A DNA stretch of 59,345 nucleotides, filler included, from Sphacelaria rigidula (taxonomy: Eukaryota), in the NCBI GenBank assembly GCA_964200075.2. It is 4 parts of 4 records of this genome, joined end to end, with 100 filler letters (N's around TTAATTAATTAA, not from the genome) between each part and the next. Parts side by side here need not be neighbours in the genome. Positions count along the whole stretch, not along the records: positions 1 to 14,766 come from CAXNAA020002060.1; 3 more parts are not named here. One strand, written 5' to 3'. Under the pieces are notes generated by a model. It had not been told where the DNA came from. It did not search any database and saw only the letters and a list, made by a program, of their open reading frames with translations. The position numbers and the translations under genes were made by a program. Below, piece by piece: positions 1-13,000 of the stretch. Within the stretch, counting starts at the first letter, position 1. Every line of letters begins with the position of its first letter.

Positions 1-169
1 GTTGTAACGCTGAAATGAGTCATGGGGAGTCATTCATCACGAGTCAACGTATTATACTAAAACCAAGTAATTTCCTGAAAAATCATTATGTGTCCTAACC
101 GTGAAAAAGTGTCTCAAACGTCCTAAAAAAGGTGAACAATCTGTGGGCCAAAAATCTTTTCCCCATAAC

Positions 170-1600
170 ATCCGGCCTTAGGCCCATTATTTTCAAACGG
201 CACCGCTCCGTGGTATTTGTAGGGGCGGATATCCACTCCGTGACAATCCGTGACTTTTCTCGCAAGCGGATATCCGCTCGCTCCGTACCTCATTCCAAAA
301 GCTCGCTCCGCCCCGTGACATAATCAAGGCCGAATATCCGCTCCGCAATAATCCGTGAGTTTTTCCATGCACGGATATCCACTCCGCTCCGTGACAGTGA
401 AAAAAGTAACGCTCCGCTCCGTACGAATTACAGCTGCGCGGTTGGAACCGTGAAGCGTTGTTTTTCTATGGAGTAATTCTATCCATTCCGTAGTCCATCA
501 TTTCATTTTCCGTAGCATAACTTACGGATCGAACAGCTGAAATGCCACGGATTTCCACGGACGAAATTGTTTCGAATGCCGGATAACTTGGAATTCGAAG
601 CATAGAAAATATTGTTCTTGATGAGCAATTCAACGATGCGGTTCTGAAATTCTGCTGCGATCATGACAGTCGCGGTTTGCACGAAACACACACACGCGCG
701 CGCGCGTGCGCCTCAAACTGAAAAGCGTAATCCAAACACGGCGGCGGTGCGTGGACCTCGGATTGTTGATTCCATTGATTCCAATACCGAACACAGTGCC
801 GAGCAATCCCCTACTTGAGAGGCTGAGGTGGAAGGGCATGTCCACCTCCACAACCGTTTCCGATTCTCCTCCTCCTTCTCCACGTGATAACTCTTCCGAT
901 TCTATTGTACCCACCCCCACACCTTCCGCAAAGACCGTAGAAAGCGTTCGGCTCACGGTGGTCAATGTGGCTGTGGACGCTGGTGCTAGGGTAATCTCAG
1001 GGCTGTGGCTATATTTCCATAAGTTTGACAAGGGACGCGACGTCGTACGTGGAGCATCTTATCCGCCGTTCCTCCTGTCCAGAATCTGCAAGTCCCGGCA
1101 AGACGACTCCTTTCGTACTTCTTGGTATTTATCCGCGGATATCCATACAATCTTCGGGGATAACCGTGTCATTTTAACGGAGTATTACCACAGTGCACCG
1201 TGGGGAGATACCGCGGTTTGTGCGATTTGTGCGGTTTGTTCCACGGAGGGGGACAATCCGCACCATGAAAAAATCCGTGCAACGGACATCCGCTCCGCAA
1301 TACATCGTAATTCGTGCTTGTGTAGCGGGCGGATATCCGCTTCGTGACAATCCGTGATTTTTCCCACTAGCGGATATTCGCTCCGCTCCGCTCTGTGCCA
1401 TATTCGAAAAATCCGCTCCGCTCGGTGACATAATCAAGGCGGAATATCCGCTCCGCAATAATCCGTGACATTTTCAATCGCGAATGTCCGCTCCGTCATA
1501 ATCCGTAATTTTTCACACATTCGGATATCCGCTCCACTCCGTAAAGTTTCAAAATAATGATCCACACCGCGGAGCGGGTTGTCCTCCGTACACATCCCTG
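170..1600. mobile_element. Non-autonomous hAT-like DNA transposon remnant with subterminal repeat arrays
   Basis: Dense arrays of GCGGATATCCGCTCC and AATCCGTGA motifs at ~200-430 and ~1130-1560, including a ~200-bp direct duplication (~222-425 vs ~1325-1545). The right end reads CAGGGATG on the - strand (ends 1600), a hAT-type terminus. CATTATTTT(C/G)AAAC occurs inverted near both ends. Left TIR and TSD not resolved. Confidence 0.55.
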
Positions 1601-2462
1601 TTTTTTTCGGAGATCTCTGGGATTTTCGGGACTGGCAAAATACCTGATTATTCTGGAATGTTCGCAAGCACCACGGCGTATTCGCAGGGCAGCTCTCCAA
1701 AGTGCTGCGTCACAGTCCGAATTTTCGGACTTCTCCAAGAATGAAGATTCATTTTTGGAGATGAAAATAAAACGTTTCACTCTCGGAGAAATGTGAATGC
1801 AGAGTCCGAAACTCTGAAAGATTCTGACATTTCTGAAAAAAATAATGTCGATAATGATGATCCTTACTCATCATATTATCAGTAGCTGGTGATGATGAAT
1901 CAGAGACTCCCCAATCCAGCCATCGGAGGAGAACTCGATAACGTACTGCGTAAAATTACGCGTAGCGACCTCGTGACATTGGATCTGCTGTAATACACCT
2001 ACTTCGTAGATTGTTAGCATCGACTGTTTCGTTTTAAAAGATCAATGCGCTCAGTCCTCTTGTCTCAAGATAACGGGCTGATGAACCCCGCTCATCCTCC
2101 TCTCCCACCTACTGGTCCTCGTGTTCCTGCTGCACCGTTTCCATCCTGCCATGGTGATCTACACCTTTTCCCAGGCTGGTGCCGGTGGCTGTATCGGCTC
2201 AGGTTATGGTGGTAACTATACTTTTTTCGGAGGAGTGGAGGCCGCAGGCATTGGAACGGAGAGCTTCGGAGAGAGGTCCCAAGACGACAATATTCTTTCC
2301 GGGCTCTGGGATGCCTTGGCTCACGTGTTCGAGCTCAAGGACTGGCAGACCGTCGAACAGGCAAAGACAAAGGAAAACTTCACCAAGGTGATGAATCATG
2401 AGTGAACGCTACAAACGCTGGGGGTTCATATCGATATTCCTGCACCAATCCTCTGACGGACT

Positions 2463-2980
2463 CCGTTCACACGTTTGAAGCTCCGCCCGCTTATCCCCAC
2501 GTGCTGCCCGTATGGTGAAATTCTCGCAACTTTGACGCCTGCAACGTCCTGGTAGGTCGGCCACGTCATTACCTTCATGACCGAAGATTTCCAGGCGATC
2601 TCAGGCGACAGCAATGTGGAGCAGGTAGATGGACTGGGTCATAAATATGTCAGACCCCTGCTTTCCCTGCCGCTATGATTCACCGGTGGAAAACGTTGAA
2701 ATCTCAGCAAAGCACGAGTGAGCGCTACGCGTGCTGCGGTTCACATCCGTATGATTACACCTACTATAGCTGCTGATTGAGTTCGTTCACACGTTTCACG
2801 GCCCGCCCCCCCCCATCCTCACGTGCTGCTCGCATGACAAAATTGTCGTAATCTTGGCCCACTGCAATGCTCTGGCAGATATGTGATTTTCTGACTTCCA
2901 TGGCCGGTGATATCCACGCGACCTCCGACCGCAACGCGCAGCAGGTAAATGGACTGGTTTGTGGATATATCAGACCCCCG
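2463..2980 (+). repeat. Diverged tandem duplication (~200-bp aligned units, ~320-bp period)
   Basis: 2463-2660 aligns with 2783-2980 (CGTTCACACGTTT...CACGTGCTGC...GCAGGTARATGGACTGG...TCAGACCCC). Confidence 0.75.
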
Positions 2981-3713
2981 GTGCATCGTGGTCAAATCGT
3001 ACGCTTGGGCGTTCTGTTTCAGCCGCATACATACCCTAGAAAATGTGCGAGAGAGCGCAGGAGTACCTTCGCTTGTTCTTAGAGGTCAGTTTTCACATGT
3101 TGCGTCTGCAGTACCCGCTGTAATTTGGACCTGCGCCGAACTACCTTCGGCAGCTCGATGTCAGGATAGTGTTGCCGCTGCAGTACCCTCCTCCCCGTCG
3201 CTGAGATGCAGTGAGACTGAGGAGAAATAATATATTTTTTAATACGAGCAAGCATTGTCATAATGCATGAGAGCTTCGACGATACCCTGTTTCACAGTGA
3301 AGCGGTCGAAAAGCCAACGGTGCGCACGGCGACCCAACAAGGGGACACTGTAGAGAGCAAGGGATGCCAACCCCCCCGTTTATGAGCTATTCGATCTGTA
3401 TTTTCCCCAAGGCTCCAGGGGAGGTCTTGTTTTTTACACCTTCCCGTGGGCGGGGTTTCTCGTCAGTGAATGATGTTCACCTTTGAGCGTATCAAAGTCG
3501 GAAAAGATACTACCGAGGCGTATCATTTCCCATACTAAACAGCATTTCATACCATAGAGTAAACCCTACCCGAACAGGCGCGAGAGTGAAGATCTGTTCT
3601 GCACGATAAAATAAATGTTTCATCAACGCGAACATTCTGCACCGTTGAAGTGATCCATTGTTTCCACCGCTTGAAATTCGTGGCGTTGTTCCCAGGCTAC
3701 CCTCGTAGAAAAA

Positions 3714-5969
3714 ATGGAGAGCATTCTGAAGATGCTGCGTGATGAGGTTCTTCAACTCCGCCAGGTTCATCTTTCCAGGCAATGGGAGATTCAGAACGAG
3801 CGGGAGAAGACCCAGATTCTCAGCTTGGCGCTGGGAAGCGCGAATGCAAAAGTCAAGAAGCATGAGGAGGGCAAGGCTCAGCTTGAGGAGGACAATGCTC
3901 GGCTTCGCGAGCAAAACATCTACCTTCCGCGGCAAGTCGAACCTGCAAGTGTCGCCAACTCTACGCTACTCAGCCTCGTCCACGAGCATCGAGATAGCCG
4001 CGAGTCGCAGCGTGACCAAGCCCCAACCACTGAGAACCAGCGCGGTGGAGATCATGCTTCCGCAGCTCCAGTCTCTTTCGGCAGCAGCTGCGACCGCTTT
4101 ACGGGTCGGATGCCTTGGCCTTCGTCATCATCGGCGGTATGCTATGATGATACAAATCCTAGTGTTTGTGCAAAAATCCTCCCGGATCGCCGGATTACAC
4201 CAGGCACGTTCGCTGACGCCACGCCTGGTGCCTATCTACTGCCGCGAGGGGCCTTGCAAGGTGCAACGGGCATAGACCTTGTTGTTACATCGCCGGCACC
4301 ATCCGCCATGGTCGGCGCCCCTGTGCTGTCGTCAGGATTTGTTCACGATGCAACGGGCGTGCCCCCAAGAGTTTCGTTACCAGCGCCATCCGCCATCGCT
4401 GGTGTCGCTCCGCCACGATCATGGATGTTTTCCAACGTACGGAGCATGAGCCCTGAAGCTCCTTTGCGGACAATCGCCCCCTTCATCGGCAACGGAAGAA
4501 CCACCGACGCCCCCGCGACTGCCTCTCGTGCTGAGATTTCTGTGGTCGGTCCAAGGGAATATCCCTCCTCAACACCCATGAAGAACTCTCCCGAAGTTCC
4601 GATACAACAAGCGCGGCAGGGCGCGGCGTGGGACGCACGTTTCTCCACCCCGCCCGTCGGCAACTCCCTGGCGCTAATCAACGACACCGCAACTGCCGCT
4701 AGGCATGCCGATGCCGATACCGTCGAAGTCTCTGCGGTTGCAGGTGCTGTTGCTGCGCGAATCGAGAACGGTGATAATAATGGTCCCCTTTTGGCGAGAA
4801 CTAGTGTACGGTCCGAAGCTCAGGATTCCATGGTCTCTGCAAAGCCCGCTTCAGAGGCGTTCCTCGACGATGAGCGAGCCGCGATGAATGCCCTCTTACC
4901 ACCCGGCCTCTTTTCGCCCGACGCCGCGGACGAGTTGCACGACCGTGCCGTCTCAGACGAAATGGCTGTGGCGGTCACCACGACTGTGACCGCGCCGTCA
5001 CCGTGCTCGCAATCATTACTCTCCCCTACGAGTGTGCTTCCTCCATCCGTGTCCTCATCCCTGTCACCCACTACGTCCCCTCTGGCCCGCGCTGCCGGGC
5101 CTGATGTAGCACAGACGTGCACAGGAGACGGTATGGAGGCATGTGCACCTACTTTCTACGCCGAATTCAACTCGCTTTCGAGTCATGAAGGTGTTCAAAG
5201 AAAAGATTCAAAGAGTACCGGCGACACAGCGGGAGGAAGTCCTGCCCCCGATGTGACACCCGCGCCCTGCACCATTGATCACGACAACAAAACGACGAAA
5301 AGAGGACCCAATGAGCGGAGGATGCGGAGGGAACTACGTGTTGGTTTTCGCAGCGACGATGGCGGCAGTAGTGGCGGCGGCGGCGGCGGCGGCGGCGGCG
5401 AGGCAAAGGGGTGTGCGGTAGGAAACGGGACGGTCGAGCAGTCAAGAAGGCGAGGAAACACGATGTCCTCACGTGGTAGCGGCGGTGGCGGCGTGGATGG
5501 TGCGAGGGGTCGGGCGGTAGGAGACTTGACGGTCGAGCAGACAAGCAGTCGAGGCAACGTGATTCCCTCCCGTGGTAGCGGAGGCGGCGGCGGCGGAGGT
5601 GGGGCAAGGGTCTGTGCGGTAGGAAACGGGACGGTCGAGCAGTCAAGAAGGCGAGGAAACACGATGCCCTCACGTGGTAGCGGCGGTGGCGGCGTGGATG
5701 GTGCGAGGGGTCGGGCGGTAGGAGACTTGACGGTCGAGCAGACAAGCAGTCGAGGCAACGTGATTACCTCCGGCGGCGGCGGCGGTGGCGGCGGAAGCCG
5801 GGCAAGGGATCGGGGTGTAGGCGGTATTATTGCATCTGGTGGTTCCAAGACTATGAAGGAGAGGACAAGAGGAGGGGCGATGGCATCAACTGCATCTTCT
5901 TCGAGGAAGGCCGAGAAAGCCGCCTACGATCGGCACTCGCAAAGGTGTGCAACACAAGCTGGTAGTTGA
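3714..5969 (+). CDS. Intronless 751-aa ORF of unknown function: N-terminal predicted coiled coil, Ser/Pro/Ala-rich middle, Gly-rich tandem repeats; probably element-derived and truncated by a premature stop
   Basis: 2.25-kb open frame from ATG. First ~70 aa are heptad-like (LRDEVLQLRQ...LEEDNARLREQN). No recognisable catalytic motif. Confidence 0.55.
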   Translation: MESILKMLRDEVLQLRQVHLSRQWEIQNEREKTQILSLALGSANAKVKKHEEGKAQLEEDNARLREQNIYLPRQVEPASVANSTLLSLVHEHRDSRESQRDQAPTTENQRGGDHASAAPVSFGSSCDRFTGRMPWPSSSSAVCYDDTNPSVCAKILPDRRITPGTFADATPGAYLLPRGALQGATGIDLVVTSPAPSAMVGAPVLSSGFVHDATGVPPRVSLPAPSAIAGVAPPRSWMFSNVRSMSPEAPLRTIAPFIGNGRTTDAPATASRAEISVVGPREYPSSTPMKNSPEVPIQQARQGAAWDARFSTPPVGNSLALINDTATAARHADADTVEVSAVAGAVAARIENGDNNGPLLARTSVRSEAQDSMVSAKPASEAFLDDERAAMNALLPPGLFSPDAADELHDRAVSDEMAVAVTTTVTAPSPCSQSLLSPTSVLPPSVSSSLSPTTSPLARAAGPDVAQTCTGDGMEACAPTFYAEFNSLSSHEGVQRKDSKSTGDTAGGSPAPDVTPAPCTIDHDNKTTKRGPNERRMRRELRVGFRSDDGGSSGGGGGGGGGEAKGCAVGNGTVEQSRRRGNTMSSRGSGGGGVDGARGRAVGDLTVEQTSSRGNVIPSRGSGGGGGGGGARVCAVGNGTVEQSRRRGNTMPSRGSGGGGVDGARGRAVGDLTVEQTSSRGNVITSGGGGGGGGSRARDRGVGGIIASGGSKTMKERTRGGAMASTASSSRKAEKAAYDRHSQRCATQAGS
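5412..5772 (+). repeat. Coding higher-order tandem repeat, 201-bp (67-aa) period, each unit a dimer of ~33-aa subunits
   Basis: TGTGCGGTAGGAAACGGGACGGTCGAGCAG at 5412 and 5613. Subunits AVGNGTVEQSRRRGNTM.SRGSGGGG and AVGDLTVEQTSSRGNVI alternate. Confidence 0.9.
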
Positions 5970-7122
5970 GGTTTGGATATACTCCGCAAACTCTGGGAAA
6001 CTCTTGGGTGTCGCCGTGCGTCGGCATATGAGACTGATGGATTGATATGTATGTTACCGCGCAAATTCTAGTACTCAGAACTCATTGGTGGTGATGACAA
6101 CCGCTTTCAACCTTCATACGACTAGAGTTGGAACGGGGACAAGTACAGTTCATTCGTTTTCTAGTGGTCGAGCTTGGTCAAACGAAAGACACCATACTGT
6201 GGTACAGTATGCCACCGCCGCAAGAACTGTATAGCGTGAATCGCTTCGCTCATATGCTGACGGCTTCCGGTTAATTACTCGCTCGCTGCTGAAACTACGC
6301 AGGTGCTCTCGCGCTGCGACGAAAGGGGCTGAGACGCGGACCGCGTTCATGAAGCACTGAACACTTCACCTGCCATCTCTGATCGATCGGCGCGTCGCTC
6401 CTGTACTGCGCCAGCCCTGCGAGGTGCTAGTGCTACGGCGATTCTATCATTCCAGTTTCGCCAAGTGAGGTTTTGCTCTGCATTGCTTCAAACGTTTACT
6501 GGACGCATTGTAGTAGCGCTGGAAGGTATACATCGTGCGAGCAGTGATTGGGGACGAATAACAGATTCCGCTTCGGACACTGTTCACGTACATTCCGAGG
6601 AAAGAGGAAGACCACGCCATGATGTGCTTACAATCACACTGCTCGAGATCATTTTGATGCGTGTAAATGCACCCGGCATCGTCCCCGAGAGAGGGACACC
6701 TGTTTTTCAACACTGCGGGTCTCCCAGAGGTTTTCTGCGTTCGAGTCGGCACGTGTTTGCCTAGAAGCGCCTGATGATACAGTTTTCGACGAATAGCTAG
6801 GGTACCTTTTGGTTTTGGCGGCACATGGGGTTCTTTCTTAGCTTTATTCATGATAACATTTGGATTCGCGTACGATAGGTGACACGAACAGCATACAGTA
6901 TACAGTGTAGGGGTATATACGCTCGTTTGATATCTGGTCTCAGGCATCACTGTATGTTTTAACGTACTGTTTGCCGGTGTACGAGGTTTCTATATCTTCC
7001 GTTTCTATTGTGCTCATGCTATATCAGTGTCTGTGTCTCGCTCCCAGGGAGCTTGTGGGTGAGTAGTCCTGCTCAAACGGTGTGGGGATCCTTGGGTAAC
7101 TGAGTTTCAACCTGCTTCCACG

Positions 7123-7158
7123 GTTTTGTTTTGTTTTGTTTTGTTTTGTTTTGTTTTG
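7123..7158 (+). repeat. (GTTTT)7 microsatellite
   Basis: Directly visible. Confidence 0.95.
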
Positions 7159-10100
7159 CTTTGTTCTCTCGCGGCCTTCTCACCCAAAGCCACACGACAA
7201 GGGTCTATCGTCGTCATTGTTGTTCTGGTTGCTCTTGTTGTGATTTCACAAGGCCGGTACTACAGTAGACATTAACTTGGCGCTTCTTTCGTTTCTTTCT
7301 TTCCCTTTTCGTTCCCTCCTGAATTATTTTTCCTCGGTCTGTAGCTTACAGTGGTTACTTCGTTTGCTTTCTTTTTCTTCTTCGTTCCCCTCCTTGCCGA
7401 GTGGCCTTTAGCGAGTGTCTCCGTTGATTCTCCTGGGGTACATTTATCGCCTGTCTTGTGACCACGACTAGATTCGTACCTCATCAGCGACAGACATTCA
7501 GCCGATTAATGAGCGGCACGTCAAAGAAGAGTCCCCCGCACGTGCTTGTTGCGCAGTGCCGTGAAAAGGGGGTGGAGTAGATGCTCTCACTAGCGGTGAG
7601 GGGGGCAGTCAGTATGCAATAAGAATGCCGTGTGCGGTGAGGGGTAGCTAATAATCAGGAAACGGGAAGAGGAGAGGAGGGGGGTGGTAGTCTTTTGTCA
7701 TTAAAAAATAGTTTAACCTCTTTACTTATAAGGATATATCGAAATATGTAGCGCTGTCACATCAAGACTTACGGAGGAGCGGTGGTATTCAGATGGAATA
7801 GCTAAGCATACAACTTTAGGGTTTGTTTTACGTTGGGGTAGAAAAGAAAGGAGTCAACGAGTTCTAAACAATGCTAAAATAACCGCGAACTGCGGCAATT
7901 CAGGATCAACCAAGGGGTGACATATCATCAGGCCAGCCACCATAAACTATATACTGATCCTCCTGTCCCCCCCCTCTGGCCTTGCAGGAAAATATGACAC
8001 ACACATTGGCCGGAAAACACTAAAAAAACGAATGAAAATATCTGCAAGCCTTTGCATTAGCTTCAGCAGTGATTCAACGTACGAAGATAACTGGCTAAAC
8101 GGACTGGTCTCTTCTGTGCCCCCCCCCTATCGGGAGCGCGGTCCCCAGGAAAACCTGAAAGTCAGTCACCTCACCCGTGTCTGTTCAACACATCAGTACA
8201 ATATTTCGCAGTCGACTCGTACCGATATTTCGAAAACATTATACACCCTCGCTCCAAGTCTAGGAACATACATACTTTCAAGACGTGAACCGAGTTCTTT
8301 TCCCGGACGTCTGTCTACGTCTGGCCGCCTAATTACTTGAATTTGAAGCACCCCACCCCCTCCCCGCCCTCCCGCCAGTTATGGGATAGAGAAAAAAACA
8401 GATTGTATACCTGAACTGAGTTACATGTGTCACCTCATGGTTCAACCTAATTTTGAGATGAAAGGTGACAAAACCCACACGATGACCGACGGTCGTCCAA
8501 CTTTTTGCGTACGTTTAGGTAAGTTTTCATCGTGACGTTATGTTTATGCTATAATTGTCATGATCTACTGTCAGTTTGTAATGCGTGCGATGCCTTATTC
8601 ATAGGGCCGGGATCACTACAGATCGATATTTGTACGGGAAGCGGGGCAGCTAACGTTTTTATTAAATTAAAATATGTGTTTGGATGGGCAATCATGGAGA
8701 TCTTTGGAAGGAGTTTTTCTGGTTGTCAAGCCTTCGACGGCGTGAGTAGGTCATCTGTTGAGTCGATATTATTTTCCCCTTAAAAAAGTGTGCATGCTCC
8801 AGATGGACTATCCTCGCGGTCTAAGGGTTCACGATTTTGAAATAGATTAGTCTAGTGTCGATAGCGGAGATGTTCGATTGATATGCTCCAGTTTTTGAGA
8901 CAAAATAGACCCCGATAGGATACACACGCAAGACGCCTGAATTTGCGCCAAGATTTTTTATCGTGGGCTTAACGACCGTGCGTGTCCTACCGGGACCGAA
9001 AAATCGGTCATCTCAGCACCAGTTTTCTTTTCATAGCTTGTGATTGGTTGGTATGATACCACCCCCCAAGAAGATCGCCAGGAAATATATCTCCCCCCGC
9101 GCAACCGGGTTTGAAAAGGAAGTTCGAACGTACTCAGGTAGGTTCGTGTGAATATACCACCCGTTTTCCGGGGGAAACATGAATATTGCAAACGCCGGGG
9201 GCCGCATAAAAAAATGTATAGTAACACGCAGCCCACAACCACACAGACATGATGAACCTGATGAGAGTCCCGCTGCCCCCGAATGATCAAAAACATACAC
9301 GTGTCGGAATTACAGCACGCACGCTGGACACTAAGGTCAGCACGCAACAACGGCACGTTACCCTAAAAATCCGTATCGCCTTTCCTTCCGAGGTGGGCAG
9401 CTGGGGCTGTCAGCCCGGCTAAAGATCCGAATATCGGTGTTTACACTCCAATCAAGTGATGAAATTCCGGGACGGTTCTAATCGACCAAGTAAGTGGTAA
9501 AAACACTACTGTTCTTTCCGTCGAATATCGACTGGTTTGTACATCAGCGAGTCGAGCTACACTACAATTACATATATCATATATCATATTTGCGACATTT
9601 CCGATGCGATTTTTGTAGATTTCTGTTAGGTGTGAGTTTTTCCATTTTCGGCAGTAGAGTTGTTTATCCCGTCACCCGTCACAGAGAGAACCTCGGATAT
9701 CTGATGTCGAAACATCAGCATAAACACGACCGTATAGCCCCCCACCACCACCCACTCCCAACTCCGCTACAGACCTTGCGAGCCCAGCCCATATAGGGTA
9801 AGCATTCCTTTCTACTGAGTGGTTTGCGACAATCCGTCGATCAAAGTGCACGGTAATACCAAGAACATTCGGACAGTAAAGCAGCATAAATGAGGGAGAA
9901 GCTGGCTGCTTGAGGCTTTCTGGAGTTGGAGCATGAAGGTAACAATGGGCGGGGCGTAAATGCACGAAATGAGGAAGTACATGCTATAGCTGTAACAACA
10001 AACAGGATACGAGTACAATATATGCAAGGTATGACCGGCTCCGCAGTTGCTTCGTTTGTTTGTTCGTCGCGTCGTCTTCTTGGCGTTGTGGCAAGAAGGA

Positions 10101-12923
10101 AAAGCTGCCATTCTCTTTCGGTGTGTGTTTTAGAAGCTTCAAGGAGCCGTAGCACGCGTTGAAACATTCCGCATGATGGTAGCGAGGGCTATACACCATG
10201 ACCGACGGAGGGCACACAACGCGCGTGAAAGGCACGCAGCACACACACACACGTACACACACACGGCTGTGCTTCTCTATTTTTCGCGTGGGCCCACGCC
10301 CATCTATACCTTTATCTATTGATTGTTGTTATCGCTCTGTGAGGAGTGTAGGCTTGGGACAGACATATGAGCGGAGTAATTAGTGTACTATCTATGGACC
10401 GTACAATATGTGAGCGAAAGGTAATCACGACCTGATTACAGCGCACGGGGAAATATCAAGGACACACGGTACATGAAGCAGACCGACGGCTCTAAATGTT
10501 GAGCATGGCTCAGCACGTGTCCGTGGAACTGACTGATGTTCGGCTTCGGTACCTTTGGCGGCATTGCCGAGAAGCAGACGTCCTCTATTTTTAATCGGGG
10601 TTGTCGACCGTACAGTAGGAGAGTACCCGAGCGTACAGCGACGGCTGGTCCGATAGTTACAGTCGCATGCAGTAGTACTTCTTTCTTTTTGCGATTTGGG
10701 TCGTACGTGGAATTTCGTTGGAATCCGAGGGGCCCTGGGAATCACGTACCACATGTCTTGCTAATACTATTTATTTTACTTACTGTACAGCAATTGTGTT
10801 ATCTGCAGATCGAAGGTTTGGTGTGTTCAATCTCTGTGCTTGACCATGTGTTATTATTGCGGCCACTCCTGCCTGCTCCACTCCACTTGCTTGCCCCTTC
10901 GTTTGCAAGCACATCGATGGGAGTTCCGTCTGTAAGACAGCCACCCGTGCCCTGCGGCCATCCCTACATCTCACATGATCATCGTCTCGCACAGGGATGC
11001 TCAACCATTTTGATATATAACGCCGTTGGCGCTTGGCGGCATATGTACAATCGAACGCAACAGGCCGCCGCATTCAAACGCAACACCCTCAAAGTTGGAC
11101 GGCAAACGCTAGCACGAGCCCCAACCCTAGAAGCTTAGCCCCAAAGCCGCGATAGTGAAGGCCGTTGGAAGCTTGTGGCGCCTACGGACGAGCCAAACCC
11201 TACGCGACCATATCGAGTGAGCTATGAGTCCATCAGATAAAATCAAACGGGACTGTCAGTAAAGCGGTACACAAAGAGTAATATAATGAACCGAACGTGC
11301 AGCTGTGTTTTTTGGGTCTGGAAGATCGGCTCTTTCGGGTACGCTGCAGTGTTATTTTTGGTATAATAAAAGTCGAGATTCAAACTCCGAAGCATGTTTT
11401 CCTGCGAAACGGTCACAGTCCCGTGATCAGAGTCCGATTCACACGTTTTGTTGCTATCTCATACCATGTCCAATCGGGACAGCTACAGCCACACGCGAAG
11501 CAGTTACAGCGGTTCTTGTTTCAGCGAGATTGCATAGTGCTAATGTTAGTCGCGAATGGGCGTGTTGAGGTCGAGGCGGGGTGCCACAGCTTGTGAACCA
11601 TCATGCAGGAACAACGGTTCACGCACGGGGTGGGCCCCTTACTGCAAGATTGCAGCACAACAGTACGGTGCAGTACAGCACAGCACAGTACATTGCACCA
11701 AAGCCTGCTTCCATGTGCGATTCCAGCATGATCCAATGTAACAGCATGTCTCTTGCACCCGACGAAGTACATCGCTGAGTATACCTCGGGGTGAATGCGC
11801 TGATGTTGCTGCTGTTATCGTATTTCGGGACTGTTACTAATACCTAGCAAAAATGCGAGGAAGATCAACGAGAGTCTCCTCGCCCTTGGCGTTGGTGCCG
11901 CAACAGTTCCGTCCACCGCGGCGATAGCGGGGCGCTCCGGGAAATTCCAATGCATGTGTTTCGAGGTGAATCACCGTTGTATACGCCAGTAGCACAGACA
12001 GTACTGTGGGATCATCCATGCAATGGACAATACATTAGCCTCATATTGGATGCGGTATTGTTGGTGTGCTTCGTAGAGACGAAGGTGTTTAATTGCGCCG
12101 CGTCCAACTACGGATTTTGCTTGAAAAGTTCGAGGATTTTGCGAGTGGGATCTCTAGCAAAGGGTATCACTCTTGTGCTAGAATCATACCCTTCGATCTC
12201 TAGCGTCACGACTTGGTCGTTACTTATTGTCTTCCTTTTTTCTCATCCTTCATCGTTCATTGCCGAGCGCATGTACTGGGTGGACCAGAATTGCAGTCAG
12301 TAGCGCTGCTGCTTTAGGCGGACAAGAAAAGACTACACCTCCAGCAAGACGTTGTTGTCGGGACCGTATCTCGCTGCATCGTATTTTCAGAAATACCGTT
12401 AGGACGCATGCAGTGCGAAACTGTACGACGATCTGTGTTCAAACTAGTTTGTTTGTACCCTTGGCAGAGGTGGTTTCCCACTAGTGCTCATCTGTTACGT
12501 AGTGCTGCCGGGTTGACCCACGTCACGTACAGTGTGGGTTTCATCATGTGCGGCATGGTATGTTCTTTCCGTGTCCCAAGAGGAGATATAGCCCCCATGC
12601 ACCTTGCAGTCAGGTACCCCCCTCTATATCCAATTGCTTCACCTGCCACAGTGTACAGGGCGGGTTTAGTTGACGACAGCTGGGTACCGTGGCACTTGAG
12701 TTGCCCTCTACTAGAAAACTGAGAGAAATAATAACGGCCCGTATCATTCTGATTGGTCGAAACGCCATCTATCCATGTCGAGAAGACCCTCGACTCCAAA
12801 GGAACGTGGTTTACGTCAGACGTCAACCAAAAAATAAAGGTCAGAGGTCAGAAAAGTTATTTATTTGACTGATCAGAAAATTGCGGGACATTTTCATCAC
12901 TCTCCATACTTCGTAGCACACTC

Positions 12924-12926
<3 letters not shown>

Positions 12927-12956
<30 letters not shown>

Positions 12957-13000
12957 TGTATGTATGTATGTATGTATGTATGTATGTATGTATGTATGTA
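12927..13000 (+). repeat. (TATG)n microsatellite, ~18 units
   Basis: Directly visible; produces spurious MYVC-repeat ORFs. Confidence 0.97.

Noticed and set aside
38..100. Similarity between the starts of contig 1 and contig 3 (29733-29795) as ends of one large element
   Set aside because: Different contigs; both simply break in the same abundant repeat family.
706..1347. 213-aa ORF as a gene
   Set aside because: Non-ATG start, lies inside a non-autonomous repeat element, and has no recognisable domain.
199..1560. CRISPR-like array of GGATATCCGCTCC repeats
   Set aside because: Repeats are degenerate and irregularly spaced without unique fixed-length spacers; no cas genes; eukaryotic context; fits transposon subterminal repeats.
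5167..5848. Antisense Pro/Arg-rich ORFs
   Set aside because: Shadows of the GC-rich Gly repeat on the + strand.
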